64,000 nt of DNA from Macrostomum lignano. Lineage: Eukaryota. The stretch is taken from assembly GCA_002269645.1 (NCBI GenBank), contig NIVC01003225.1, positions 1 through 64,000 of the forward strand, read 5' to 3'. The notes beneath the pieces were generated by a model. The model searched no databases, was not told where the DNA came from, and saw nothing but the letters and a program-made list of their open reading frames with translations. Below are positions 48,852 through 59,534 of this stretch, in pieces. Each line of letters opens with the position of its first letter. Positions within the stretch are counted from its first letter, which is position 1. A program made the position numbers and the translations under genes.

Positions 48852-49310
48852 AGCAATCTAGTGCCCCCCTTCGGGGTGGCCAATAAGCAAGGGACGAATC
48901 CTTTAAAATGAAAAGAATTCTTAGGGAGGGGGCTAGGAATCGAATTCTCATTTTAATTCTGGGGCTTATGTACCAATAAAACATGCTTGTTTAGAATTTT
49001 AAAACTGACAATTCAACCTACTTGCCTTCTTTCAGAGCAATAGCGTACTACTTCTGTTGCGGTGCAAGCAGTACGCTCTGCAACGACTGGAAAAGCAACT
49101 ACAGCTAAAAAAAGTCTATTAAACTGAACAATATCGTCTTTATTAATTTCCAACGAATTATCGAATAAAGACAGAACAGTTCAAAGCTATAGTCAAAAGG
49201 ATAAGAACTAAGATGTTTTTGCAGAAGGCTTCGCCAACAAGATTTGTAAAATTAATAAACAGACAAGAAAATATAGCTTTCACAGAGATCACAGTCATTA
49301 CCCCTAAATA

Positions 49311-49610
49311 GAAAATATTCCCAAGACAGCAAGCATCCCCCCCAGTAGCAAGCATCCCCCCCAGTAGCAAGCATCCCCTAATACTCCTAGCAAGCATCCA
49401 CCCAGATAGCAAGCATCCCCTAATACTCCTAGCAAGCATCCACCCAGATAGCAAGCATCTGCAGATAGCAAGCATACCCCAAAAAATGTAGAAGCATCCT
49501 TCCAGATAGCAAGCATCCCCCAAATAATGTAGAAGCATCCTTCCAGATAGCAAGCATCCTGCACAAAGCAAGAATCCCTAAATAGCAAGCATCCCTGGAT
49601 AGAAATAATC
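49311..49610. repeat. Degenerate minisatellite (AGATAGCAAGCATCC core)
   Basis: Directly visible repeats. Confidence 0.85.
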
Positions 49611-49631
49611 CTATACATGTAGCCAAGCTTA

Positions 49632-52600
49632 TCAAGCGCAGTAATCCTTGGCTATCGAGTGCAGTAATCCTTGGTTTATTAATAGCAGTAATCCTTGGCT
49701 TATCGAGTGCAGTAATCCTTGGCTTATCGAGTGCAGTAATCCTTGGTTTATTAAGTGCAGTAATCCTTGGTTTATTAATAGCAATAATCCTTGGCTTATC
49801 GAGTGCAGTAATCCTTGGTTTATTAATAGCAATAATCCATGGCTTATCGAGTGCAGTAATCCTTGGTTTATTAATAGCAATAATCTTGGTTTATTTGCAA
49901 TAATCCTTGGCTTATCAAGTGCAGTAATCCTTGGTTTATTAATAGCAATAATCCTTGGCTTATCGAGTGCAGTAATCCTTGGTTTATTAATAGCAATAAT
50001 CCATGGCTTATCGAGTGCAGTAATCCTTGGTTTATTAATAGCAATAATCCATCGAGTGCTTAATCCTTGGTTTATTAATAGCAATAATCCTTGGCTTATC
50101 GAGTGCAGTAATCCTTGGTTTATTAATAGCAATAATCCATGGCTTATCGAGTGCAGTAATCCTTGGTTTATTAATAGCAATAATCCTTGGCTTATCGAGT
50201 GCAGTAATCCTTGGTTTGCCAAGTGCAGTAATCCTTGGTTTATTAATAGCAATAATCCTTGGATTATGAGTGCAGTAATCCTTGGTTTATTAATAGCAAT
50301 AATCCTTGATTAATCAAGTGCAGTAATCCTTGGTTTGCCAAGAGCAATAGTCCTTGGTTTATTGAGTGCAGTAATCCTTGGTTTGCCAAGAGCAATAGTC
50401 CTTGGTTTATTGAGTGCAGTAATCCTTGGTTTATTAATAGCAATAATCCTTGGTTTATGAGTGCAGTAATCCTTGGTTTGCCAAGAGCAATAGTCCTTGG
50501 TTTATTGAGTGCAGTAATCCTTGGTTTATTAATAGCAATAATCCTTGGCTTATCGAGTGCAGTAATCCTTGGTTTATTAATAGCAATAATCCTTGGCTTA
50601 TCGAGTGCAGTAATCCTTGGTTTATTAATAGCAATAATCCATGGCTTATCGAGTGCAGTAATCCTTGGTTTATTAATAGCAATAATCCTTGGCTTATCGA
50701 GTGCAGTAATCCTTGGTTTATTAATAGCAATAATCCTTGGCTTATCGAGTGCAGTAATCCTTGGTTTATTAATAGCAATAATCCATGGCTTATCGAGTGC
50801 AGTAATCCTTGGTTTATTAATAGCAATAATCCATGGCTTATCGAGTGCAGTAATCCTTGGTTTATTAATAGCAATAATCCTTGGCTTATCGAGTGCAGTA
50901 ATCCTTGGTTTATTAATAGCAATAATCCATGGCTTATCGAGTGCAGTAATCCTTGGTTTATTAATAGCAATAATCCATGGCTTATCGAGTGCAGTAATCC
51001 TTGGTTTATTAATAGCAATAATCCATGGCTTATCGAGTGCAGTAATCCTTGGTTTATTAATAGCAATAATCCTTGGTTTATCAAGTGCAGTAATCCTTGG
51101 TTTGCCAAGTGCAGTAATCCTTGGTTTATTAATAGCAATAATCCTTGGATTATCAAGTGCAGTAATCCTTGGTTTATTAATAGCAATAATCCTTGGTTTA
51201 TGAGTGCAGTAATCCTTGGTTTGCCAAGAGCAATAGTCCTTGGTTTATTGAGTGCAGTAATCCTTGGTTTATTAATAGCAATAATCCTTGGCTTATCGAG
51301 TGCAGTAATCCTTGGTTTATTAATAGCAATAATCCTTGGCTTATAATGCAGTAATCCTTGGCTTTCGAGTGCAGTAATCCTTGGTTTATTAATAGCAATA
51401 ATCCATGGCTTATCGAGTGCAGTAATCCTTGGTTTATTAATAGCAATAATCCTTGGCTTATCGAGTGCAGTAATCCTTGGTTTATTAATAGCAATAATCC
51501 ATGGCTTATCGAGTGCAGTAATCCTTGGTTATGAGTGCAGTAATCCTTGGTTTATTAATAGCAATAATCCTTGGCTTATCGAGTGCAGTAATCCTTGGTT
51601 TATTAATAGCAATAATCCTTGATTAATCAAGTGCAGTAATCCTTGGTTTGCCAAGAGCAATAGTCCTTGGTTTATTGAGTGCAGTAATCCTTGGTTTGCC
51701 AAGAGCAATAGTCCTTGGTTTATTGAGTGCAGTAATCCTTGGTTTATTAATAGCAATAATCCTTGGCTTATCGAGTGCAGTAATCCTTGGTTTGCCAAGT
51801 TCAGTAATCCTTGGTTTATTAATAGCAATAATCCTTGGCTTATCGAGTGCAGTAATCCTTGGTTTATTAATAGCAATAATCCATGGCTTATCGAGTGCAG
51901 TAATCCTTGGTTTATTATTAGCAATAATCCTTGGCTTATCGAGTGCAGTAATCATTGGTTTATTAATAGCAATAATCCATGGCTTATCGAGTGCAGTAAT
52001 CCTTGGTTTGCCAAGTGCAGTAATCCTTGGTTTATTAATAGCAATAATCCATGGCTTATCGAGTGCCGTAATCCTTGGTTTATTAATAGCAATAATCCTT
52101 GGCGTATCGAGTGCAGTAATCCTTGGTTTATTATTAGCAATAATCCTTGATTAATCAAGTGCAGTAATCCTTGGTTTGCCAAGAGCAATAGTCCTTGATT
52201 ATTGAGTGCAGTAATCCTTGGTTTATTAATAGCAATAATCCTTGGCTTATCGAGTGCCGTAATCGTTTTTGAGTGCAGTAATCCTTGGTTTATTAATAGC
52301 AATAATCCTTGGCTTATCGAGTGCAGTAATCCTTGGTTTATTAATAGCAATAATCCTTGATTAATCAAGTGCAGTAATCCTTGGTTTATTAATAGCAATA
52401 ATCCTTGGCTTATCGAGTGCAGTAATCCTTGGTTTATTAATAGCAATAATCCTTGATTAATCAAGTGCATTAATCCTTGGTTTATTAATAGCAATAATCC
52501 TTGGCTTATCGAGTGCAGTAATCCTTGGTTTGCCAAGTGCAGTAATCCTTGGTTTATTAATAGCAATAATCCATGCTTATCGAGTGCAGTAATCCTTGGT

Positions 52601-53098
52601 TTATTAATAGCAATAATCCTTGGCTTATCGAGTGCAGTAATCATTGGTTTATTAATAGCAATAATCCTTGGCTTATCGAGTGCAGTAATCCTTGGTTTAT
52701 TAATAGCAATAATCCTTGATTAATCAAGTGCAGTAATCCTTGGTTTGCCAAGAGCAATAGTCCTTGGTTTATTGAGTGCAGTAATCCTTGGTTTGCCAAG
52801 AGCAATAGTCCTTGGTTTATTGAGTGCAGTAATCCTTGGTTTATTAATAGCAATAATCCTTGGCTTATCGAGTGCAGTAATCCTTGGTTTGCCAAGTGCA
52901 GTAATCCTTGGTTTATTAATAGCAATAATCCTTGGCTTATCGAGTGCATTAATCCTTGGTTTAATAATAGCAATAATCCATGGCTTATCGAGTGCAGTAA
53001 TCCTTGGTTTATTAATAGCAATAATCCTTGGCTTCTTGAGTGCAGTAATCCTTGGTTTGCCAAGAGCAATAGTCCTTGGTTTATCGAGTGCAGTAATC
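49632..53098. repeat. 3.5 kb satellite: 48 bp dimer of 24 bp monomers
   Basis: GAGTGCAGTAATCCTTGGTTTATT + AATAGCAATAATCCTTGGCTTATC, with TTGCCAAG variants. Confidence 0.97.
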
Positions 53099-53269
53099 TA
53101 AGTGTTTTTATTTAGTTCTTTAATAAAAGCTTTTAATAAAAAATTTTACACTACTACTTTTAAGCTACTTAGATTCGAACCCAGTTCGCTGCATTAGCAG
53201 TCTGGTCTGTTCAGCTCTAGGCTAGCTCTCATCGAAGTTATCAGTGATTCAACACTCACACCAAGTCAG

Positions 53270-55768
53270 TGTTATATATCGCGAAGCCGAGAGGGTTATA
53301 TCTTCTATAGCGCGCGGTCTGATGAAACTAAAGCTCAGAGGGCATGGCCGTCTCTCTAGGCCGTCACGTGTATTTATACCATAGACAGTAATATTCATAC
53401 GAGTATAGCCCAAGCTTCAGTGTCACACACATGCATATGCACACTCATGCACAACACCTCCCCCTTCAGTTACAATGTGACTTCTTGTCAGTCAGTCGTA
53501 CGAACTTTTGCGGGGGTCAATCTGAAGCCTGTTGGGTGGCCGACGGTTTCTCGTATGCCACGGTCTTGATCGTCCTTCCGGCCCTCTGGCTCCATTCGTA
53601 CCTTGCGAGTCCGCAGGGCCAGTATTGGGCTGGTAGCGAGCTTCCGCCGCATGTGCTGGAAACCTTCTCCGTAGGAACTTTCGGTTTCTCCGAAGAACCC
53701 GGCCGCTGGTCAGCTTGACTAGAAAGTCGTTGTTTTTCATTAGCTCGACCACCACGCCGTACTTGTCCCATCGCTTGGTCTGGGCGTCCTGCACTGCAAC
53801 TCTGTCTCGCACTCGCAAGGCTGGGAGTTGGTGAGCTGCTCTATTGTAGTACACCTCCATCCTCTCCCTCTTCTCCGCTGCCCTGTTGTCCACCTCATCT
53901 GCTGCTGCTTGCCATTCCTTGGCGAACGCTCTCCGGTGAATTGGCAGGGTATCGCGAACCTCGTGACCGAACACCATCTGTGCTGGTGATCTGCCGTCGT
54001 ATCGCGGAGTGTTGCAATACATCAGTATCCCCTGGCAGAGATCGTCCCAGTTCGGCTCTCTGGCTCCGTGATTCCAATTTCCACGCACCAGCTTTTTCAT
54101 TGCCTTGACGGCTGCCTCCGCTCGCCCATTGCTCTGCGCGTACGTGGGGGATGATGTCCTCTGCTCCACATTCCAACGACGCAGGAATCCCAGAAATGGC
54201 TTGGCTGTGAATTGCGGTCCATTGTCTGACCATAACACCTCCGGCGCGCCCTTCCCACAGAAACGTCTTCGCAGCACGTTGATCACCTTGTACGTTGAGG
54301 CATCAGTTCCGAAGTAGTCTAGTGTTGGCCAACCAGACTTTCCGTCCACAGTCACCAGGAACATCTCCCAGCGAATTGAAACAAGTCGGCATGGACTTCT
54401 TGAAAGACGCGTTCCGGTTCCTTTCTCACAATCATCGGCTCCTTTACTTGACTAGGCAAAGTCTCTTGGCACGGGATACACTTCCTGGCTGACATTTCTA
54501 TATCGTTGTCGATTCCCGGCCAGTAGAAAGTCATTCTGGCTCTCTCTTTCATCTTAACGACTCCCTGATGCATCTTGAGCATCCTATTCAGGACTTCTGC
54601 TCGCATCTCCTTGGGAATGAGCAATCGCCTTCCTACTACGATCAAGTCATGCTCGACTGCTAGTTTGTCGCGGATGTTCCAAAATTGTCTTAGATGGACC
54701 GGTACGTTTCCCTTCTCGTTAGGGAATCCTTGCTGAACCAATCGCTTCAGCTCCTGGTACTCCTGGTCTCTTCTGGCAATTCGCGTCAACTCTGCTTCAG
54801 AAGCTTGAATCTCATCAATAGCCATGATGATGTTGCTCTCGTGCTCCTCCGCAAGTTCTTCGTCTTTGGTTGCCGGCTCTACCGGGGCTCTTGACAAGGC
54901 ATCGGCGGCCTTGTGGTCACTGCCTTTCACCCATCGAGCCGTGTACTGGAAGCAATCCAGTTTCTGTCGCAACCTCTGTAGCCTCGGATTCTCAATCTGA
55001 TCCAAGGTGTATCTATTTAAAATCGGCTCCAACGGCTTGTGGTCGATGATTATCTCAAAATTCTGCAGTCCTTCGAGGAACAGACGACATTTCTTTGCCG
55101 CCCATACGACTGCCAACAGCTCCAGTTCAATCATGGCGTATCGCCTCTCTGTCTCCGAAATGAACCGCGAGCCTGCTTGAACCACTTTCCAAACGCTATT
55201 GTCTTGCTTTTGCTTGAGCACGAATCCAAGCCCCTTCAGTCGAGACGCATCCGTGTGCAGTGCTGTCTGCCTCGTGTGGTCATAGTAGGCCATTGTAGGA
55301 ACATTGCTTAGTTCTTTCCGCATGCTGTCAAATGCTTTTTCGTGTTCGCAGCTCCACATGAACTCATTCCTCGGTTTCAACAACTCTCTCAACGGCTCAC
55401 CGAGGGAAGCTATCTTGTCACTACAGAGCCCAATCTGATTCACTAGTCCGAAGAACGCTCTGAGGTCGGTCAGATTTTCTGGCTTCGGGAAGTCTCGAAT
55501 CGCCTTCACTATGGCAGGGTCTATAGCGTATCCTTTCGAGTCCAACTGGAATCCGGCAAATGTCACACTGGGCTGAGCAAACACAAACTTCTCTGGATTC
55601 AGGCTGATGCCGCGGTCCCTGCATCGCTGCAGAAACTCACGAACAGCACGGCGATGCTCGTCAAAGTCGTCGTGAGCCAGCAGTACGTCGTCCACAATAT
55701 GATAGGTGCTCTTCAGTCCCTCTAGCACTTCATCCACACGCCTATTGTAATGCTCCGATATGGACGAC
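53270..55768 (-). mobile_element. Ty3/Gypsy LTR retrotransposon 3' part, interrupted in RT by Polinton 2
   Basis: PPT GAAGGGGAGG followed by a 187 bp LTR (53456-53270; TGTTG...TAACA, internal TATAAATA); pol domains listed separately. Confidence 0.9.
53492..55768 (-). pseudogene. Gypsy pol: RT C-terminal half, RNase H, integrase (frameshift near 54365)
   Basis: SSISEHYNRR, HIVDD; HTDAS, YAMIELELLA, DHKPL; HQG...CIPC, HADLF, SDNGPQF, NGRAE. Confidence 0.93.
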
Positions 55769-56138
55769 AGTAGTAATATACGGTACAAAATTGCCAGCAA
55801 ACCGTTCTCATAATTCAAACGATTTAACCCTTTATCAGTGTGAAATGACTCGTTTTCCCTTCATTATCGCTCGTCTTCACTTCGCTCAACTCACTTCGCT
55901 CATCCTCGCTTCATTTCGGTCAATCTCCCCATTTCACACTTACAATGATTAATTCGCATTGAATTCTGAGAATACGCTCTCGTCGTTCGCTTCGGTTTGC
56001 TGGCAATTTTGTACCACACCCAAACACTTCCAACACTTCCAACTCTTCTAACTCTTCTAACACTTCCAACTCTCCCTAACACTCTATAACCCCAGGCCGC
56101 GCCGCAGGCGCGAAGGGTCTTTTTCTGTTATTAAAAAT
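55769..56138 (+). repeat. Polinton terminal repeat, copy 2
   Basis: Same orientation and sequence family as 43162-43536. Confidence 0.92.
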
Positions 56139-56429
56139 GAACCGACCTTTTCAGTTAGTGATACTTTTGAGACTGTTGCTAAAAATTCAGAGATTATAAA
56201 ACAACATATTTTGAATGGAATAATTGATGAAGTTTATTTAAAATATGACGATAAGCACGAACTAAAACTTTATCCATTAGAGTTGGATGGTTTGTATGAT
56301 CTAGAACAAGAGGGCGAGTTAATATTTCAACTTGGAGATTATTTAAATTCGGATGATTGGGAGGTTCGTTCAGACGATTCCAACTCAACAAATAGCTCAT
56401 ATGAAACTAGTGATTCGGAGAGTCTGTGA
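56137..56429 (+). CDS. Polinton acidic ORFx (early frameshift; shorter C-terminus than in element 1)
   Basis: ATG at the terminal repeat end; SDTFETVAKNSEIIKQHILNGIIDEVY...SDSESL. Confidence 0.65.
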
Positions 56430-56447
56430 AAAAAATATAAATAAAAA

Positions 56448-56615
56448 ATGAAGGTAAATTATTCCTACATCGGATATGTGCCAATTAATGAACTTAATGA
56501 AAATTTAAGTCTGATAACGGTTGAACAAATGTCAATAATAATATTAGTAACAATAATAGTAATAATATTGTTTTTGTTTGTTATAAAAAATTTAATACCA
56601 TGTTGCCTTAAGTAA
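56448..56615 (+). CDS. Small single-pass membrane protein (55 aa)
   Basis: MKVNYSY...MSIIILVTIIVIILFLFVIKNLIPCCLK, with an AAAAAATG start context like the other Polinton genes. Below the ORF-track cutoff. Confidence 0.5.
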   Translation: MKVNYSYIGYVPINELNENLSLITVEQMSIIILVTIIVIILFLFVIKNLIPCCLK

Positions 56616-56625
56616 TTGTTCGAAC

Positions 56626-58190
56626 TTAGTTCGCAGATATTATCTGATTCTCATAAAAAGATCCTAATATTTCTTCACCATCCTTATCAGCAATTATATA
56701 GGTTGTAGGATTTGTATTTAAACTTTACTGATAGTAAATTTCTCACTTATTTTCCAATATCCTTTTCTTCCCTTTTCAAACTTATCTTTCCATTTATAGA
56801 TATAAACAGAATCACCAACTTTAAAACCTTTAGTTTTATTTTTTTCAAATTCTCCAAAAGTAACTTTAACGTTTTTAGGATTGTTATAAGCTTGTTGAGG
56901 AGTCATCTTTATAGCTGAATGATATGAATTATTATAATCTTTCACGACGTCTGGTAATATTTTTACCCACTTTTGGTTACCATTCAAACTAAACTGAAAC
57001 CACAATTTCTTACCTAAAGTTCGATTAAATCTTTCTATTAATGCGTTTTTGCTTTCTCCATAAATAGAATAAATTTTATTAATATACTCCCCATTCGCGT
57101 CCTTTTTCCTTTCTTGTCCTTTTTCAAAATGATATAATTTATACATATGAGGATTGTAAAATTCTTTTCCTTCATCAACACATAACCTTTCGCTTTTTTC
57201 TCCAAGGCTTCTAAAAGCAGCAGCAACCTCCTCTCCTTTTTTGGATTTTAAAGGAACAGCCCACGCGTATCGAGTAAAACCATCTAGTATGGTTAATATA
57301 TATTTATATCCACGATCACTCGGGATTGACATTAGATCAGCATACCAAATTTCATTCTTTTTGAAGTTCATGATTTTTCTATAAAATTTAGGTTTTCGGT
57401 ATTCTTTATGAAGAACCTTTGCCTCATCAGAACTTAACCCACTACCACTTAACAACAAACAATCGACACAATTATTTCCATGTTGGTTGTATTTAATTCC
57501 CAAACCAAATTTAACTTTAGACTGCAGAATCTTTTTAACCATCCACCTAGTTAATCTTTGGCTTACCGATAATCCTTGTAAATCATCTAATCCTTTAATC
57601 ATTTTTCTATCGGCTTCATGTTTTAATCTTAATGCTTCCTCGGGTGAGTTCTTGTCAGCATCTCTGTATGCTAAGTCATGATAATATGCTAACCAATCAA
57701 TACCATTAATGGGAATTGAATCAGCTTTTGGAGTGTCATCAGGATTTAATCTCAAATCTAACCTAGTGCCGGGTAGTTTACCCTCAATCTTTCGAAAAAG
57801 GCTGGAGCACACCTTAAGCGATTAAATTACCGCCCACCTCCGTCTGCTCTCTGAACCTTCTCCTTATCGGTCTTAGACTTAGGAGCTTGGCTGCGCATTG
57901 CCACCAATGTCTTCAAGCTTGTTACCATTGGGAAGAGGAGTTACCTCTGTTCCTTCAAAAGATTTCTCAATTGAAGTGGTACTTGAAGCTGTATGACGGG
58001 TTTCACGCAATTTGAAGGTGTCGCCACAAATAGTGACTAGCAAGGACATTGACTTCCTCACTCAGGCCACGGGTTAATCTGCAAACGAGTACCCAGGAAT
58101 GTGTAATTCATTTGTATATTTCCCACTAGTAAAAATACTCGGTAAGCTTTTTAATTCTTTTTGAATATCCAAAAATCCTCCTTCAAATAC
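56626..58190 (-). CDS. Phospholipase A2-like domain fused to the Polinton retroviral-type integrase (interrupted by a ~305 bp insert; 3' frameshift)
   Basis: ELHIPGYSFA / PGTRLDLRL...INGIDWLAYYHDLAY PLA2 motifs; integrase WYADL, ILDGFTR, VDEGKEF, IERFNRT. The C-terminus NPTTYIIADKDGEEILGSFYE follows a frame shift at about 56720. The 5' start is approximate. Confidence 0.88.
57775..58080. other. Foreign, more GC-rich insert splitting the PLA2 GPGT motif
   Basis: Separates YSFA from PGT; ends read TTTA-CCC...GGG-TTAA. Confidence 0.7.
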
Positions 58191-58804
58191 TAATTGATTG
58201 CTCTTTTTTAATAGCCTTAAAAATACATGAAAGCACCAATTGTTTTGCAAACTCTTCGATGGTTGGTTGTTTATCATTTTTTGAAATATTATCTACAGCA
58301 ACTAAGTATCTTTTATTTCTCCAATTTTCAGACTTTTTAATTTGTTCTTCATCGCGATAATCATATGAAGAAGCGGGAATGAAATGATCAATATGTAACA
58401 TTCCAGTATAATCTTTTGGGACATAATAATGTTTTGTGAAATTTAACCTATCAGTAAAGAACTCAATTGAGCAACCAAGGTAATCAATAGTATGATTATT
58501 TTTTTGAGCATTATTTGATTTTAATAGTTTATATATTCTATTTCTAATTAAAACAATATGTTTGTAATTCTCATCTTCACTATATCTTGTTTTATTATAT
58601 TCTTTATTATATTCTTTTATTTTATCCTTATTATTTTTTCTATATTCTTTATTATATTCTTTATTGTTTTTCATCCACATACTATATGTAACTCTCTCAC
58701 AAGATCGACAATGATTTTTAAATCTTTTTGTGTCATTTCTCCATCTAAAAAATTCTTTAGTCATTGGTTTTTCTTGACTTAGTACAAATCTTTTTAGTTT
58801 CCAT
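58183..58804 (-). CDS. HNH-family endonuclease (endonuclease VII-like, as in large DNA viruses); frameshift near the 5' end
   Basis: METKKICTK then a shift to QEKP...HCRSC; basic repeats; LHIDHFIPASSYD...DNISKNDK. Confidence 0.75.
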
Positions 58805-58827
58805 TTTATAAAAAATAAATTTAACAA

Positions 58828-59487
58828 TTAAATTCCTGTATGTCCAGCAGCTTTCGCAGCAGCTAAAACAAGTTTTCGCGGAGTTTTAAATCCTTCGCCA
58901 ACAGCTGGTTTGTTATTTATAGAATCAACAATCCTTTTATACAAACTGGTTTTTTTAGCAGCTGTTACTCCTAACTCATCATAAAAATTTTTAGCACATA
59001 CTAATTCATCCCTAGAATATAAATCGGGGTTAAATTTTACTCGTGGGTTCATAATAATATTATATGCTCCACCCAATTCTCTATATAGCTCATTCCGATT
59101 TTTATCAACCCTACCAATTTGGTAATTATCATTACCTAAATCCACCACAGCAATACTTTGTGGTGCAGGTCTTTGAAATTGTTTAACTCCACCCCTTTCT
59201 GCAGCCCTAATTTCTGCAACTCTCAATACTGCTTGATCAACATTATAAGTAGGCGACTCATCCAAAATTTCATTCTCTTTTGGCTCTGTATTCTTAGCAA
59301 TTTTTTCCAGAAGGTCTTTATCTGTTTTTTCTAGTTCACTAATTTTCCCGGTATTAGGATTAACAAAAGGAGCAGCAAATTTCTCACCAGCTAATTGTAT
59401 TCCTAATTTTCTTTTTTGTAAGTTTCTAACAAAATCAGAATATCTTTGCTTCTCTTTATAAATCGCTAACTCTCCATCAACATCCAT
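58828..59487 (-). CDS. Polinton hypothetical protein (219 aa)
   Basis: Intact ORF ending in VGEGF..AAKAAG; no family recognised. Confidence 0.65.
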   Translation of the reverse strand: MDVDGELAIYKEKQRYSDFVRNLQKRKLGIQLAGEKFAAPFVNPNTGKISELEKTDKDLLEKIAKNTEPKENEILDESPTYNVDQAVLRVAEIRAAERGGVKQFQRPAPQSIAVVDLGNDNYQIGRVDKNRNELYRELGGAYNIIMNPRVKFNPDLYSRDELVCAKNFYDELGVTAAKKTSLYKRIVDSINNKPAVGEGFKTPRKLVLAAAKAAGHTGI

Positions 59488-59534
59488 AAATTAACTCATT
59501 TTTTAACATAAAAAAACTTTTTTAACTTTAAAAA

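Noticed and set aside
49632-53101. Many long repetitive ORFs (INQGLL, SNPW, SAVILGL)
   Set aside because: The 48 bp unit is a multiple of 3 and lacks stops in several frames; there is no start or promoter context.
57879-58061. 60 aa ORF within the PLA2 insert as a captured host gene
   Set aside because: No convincing motif match in any of the six frames by eye.
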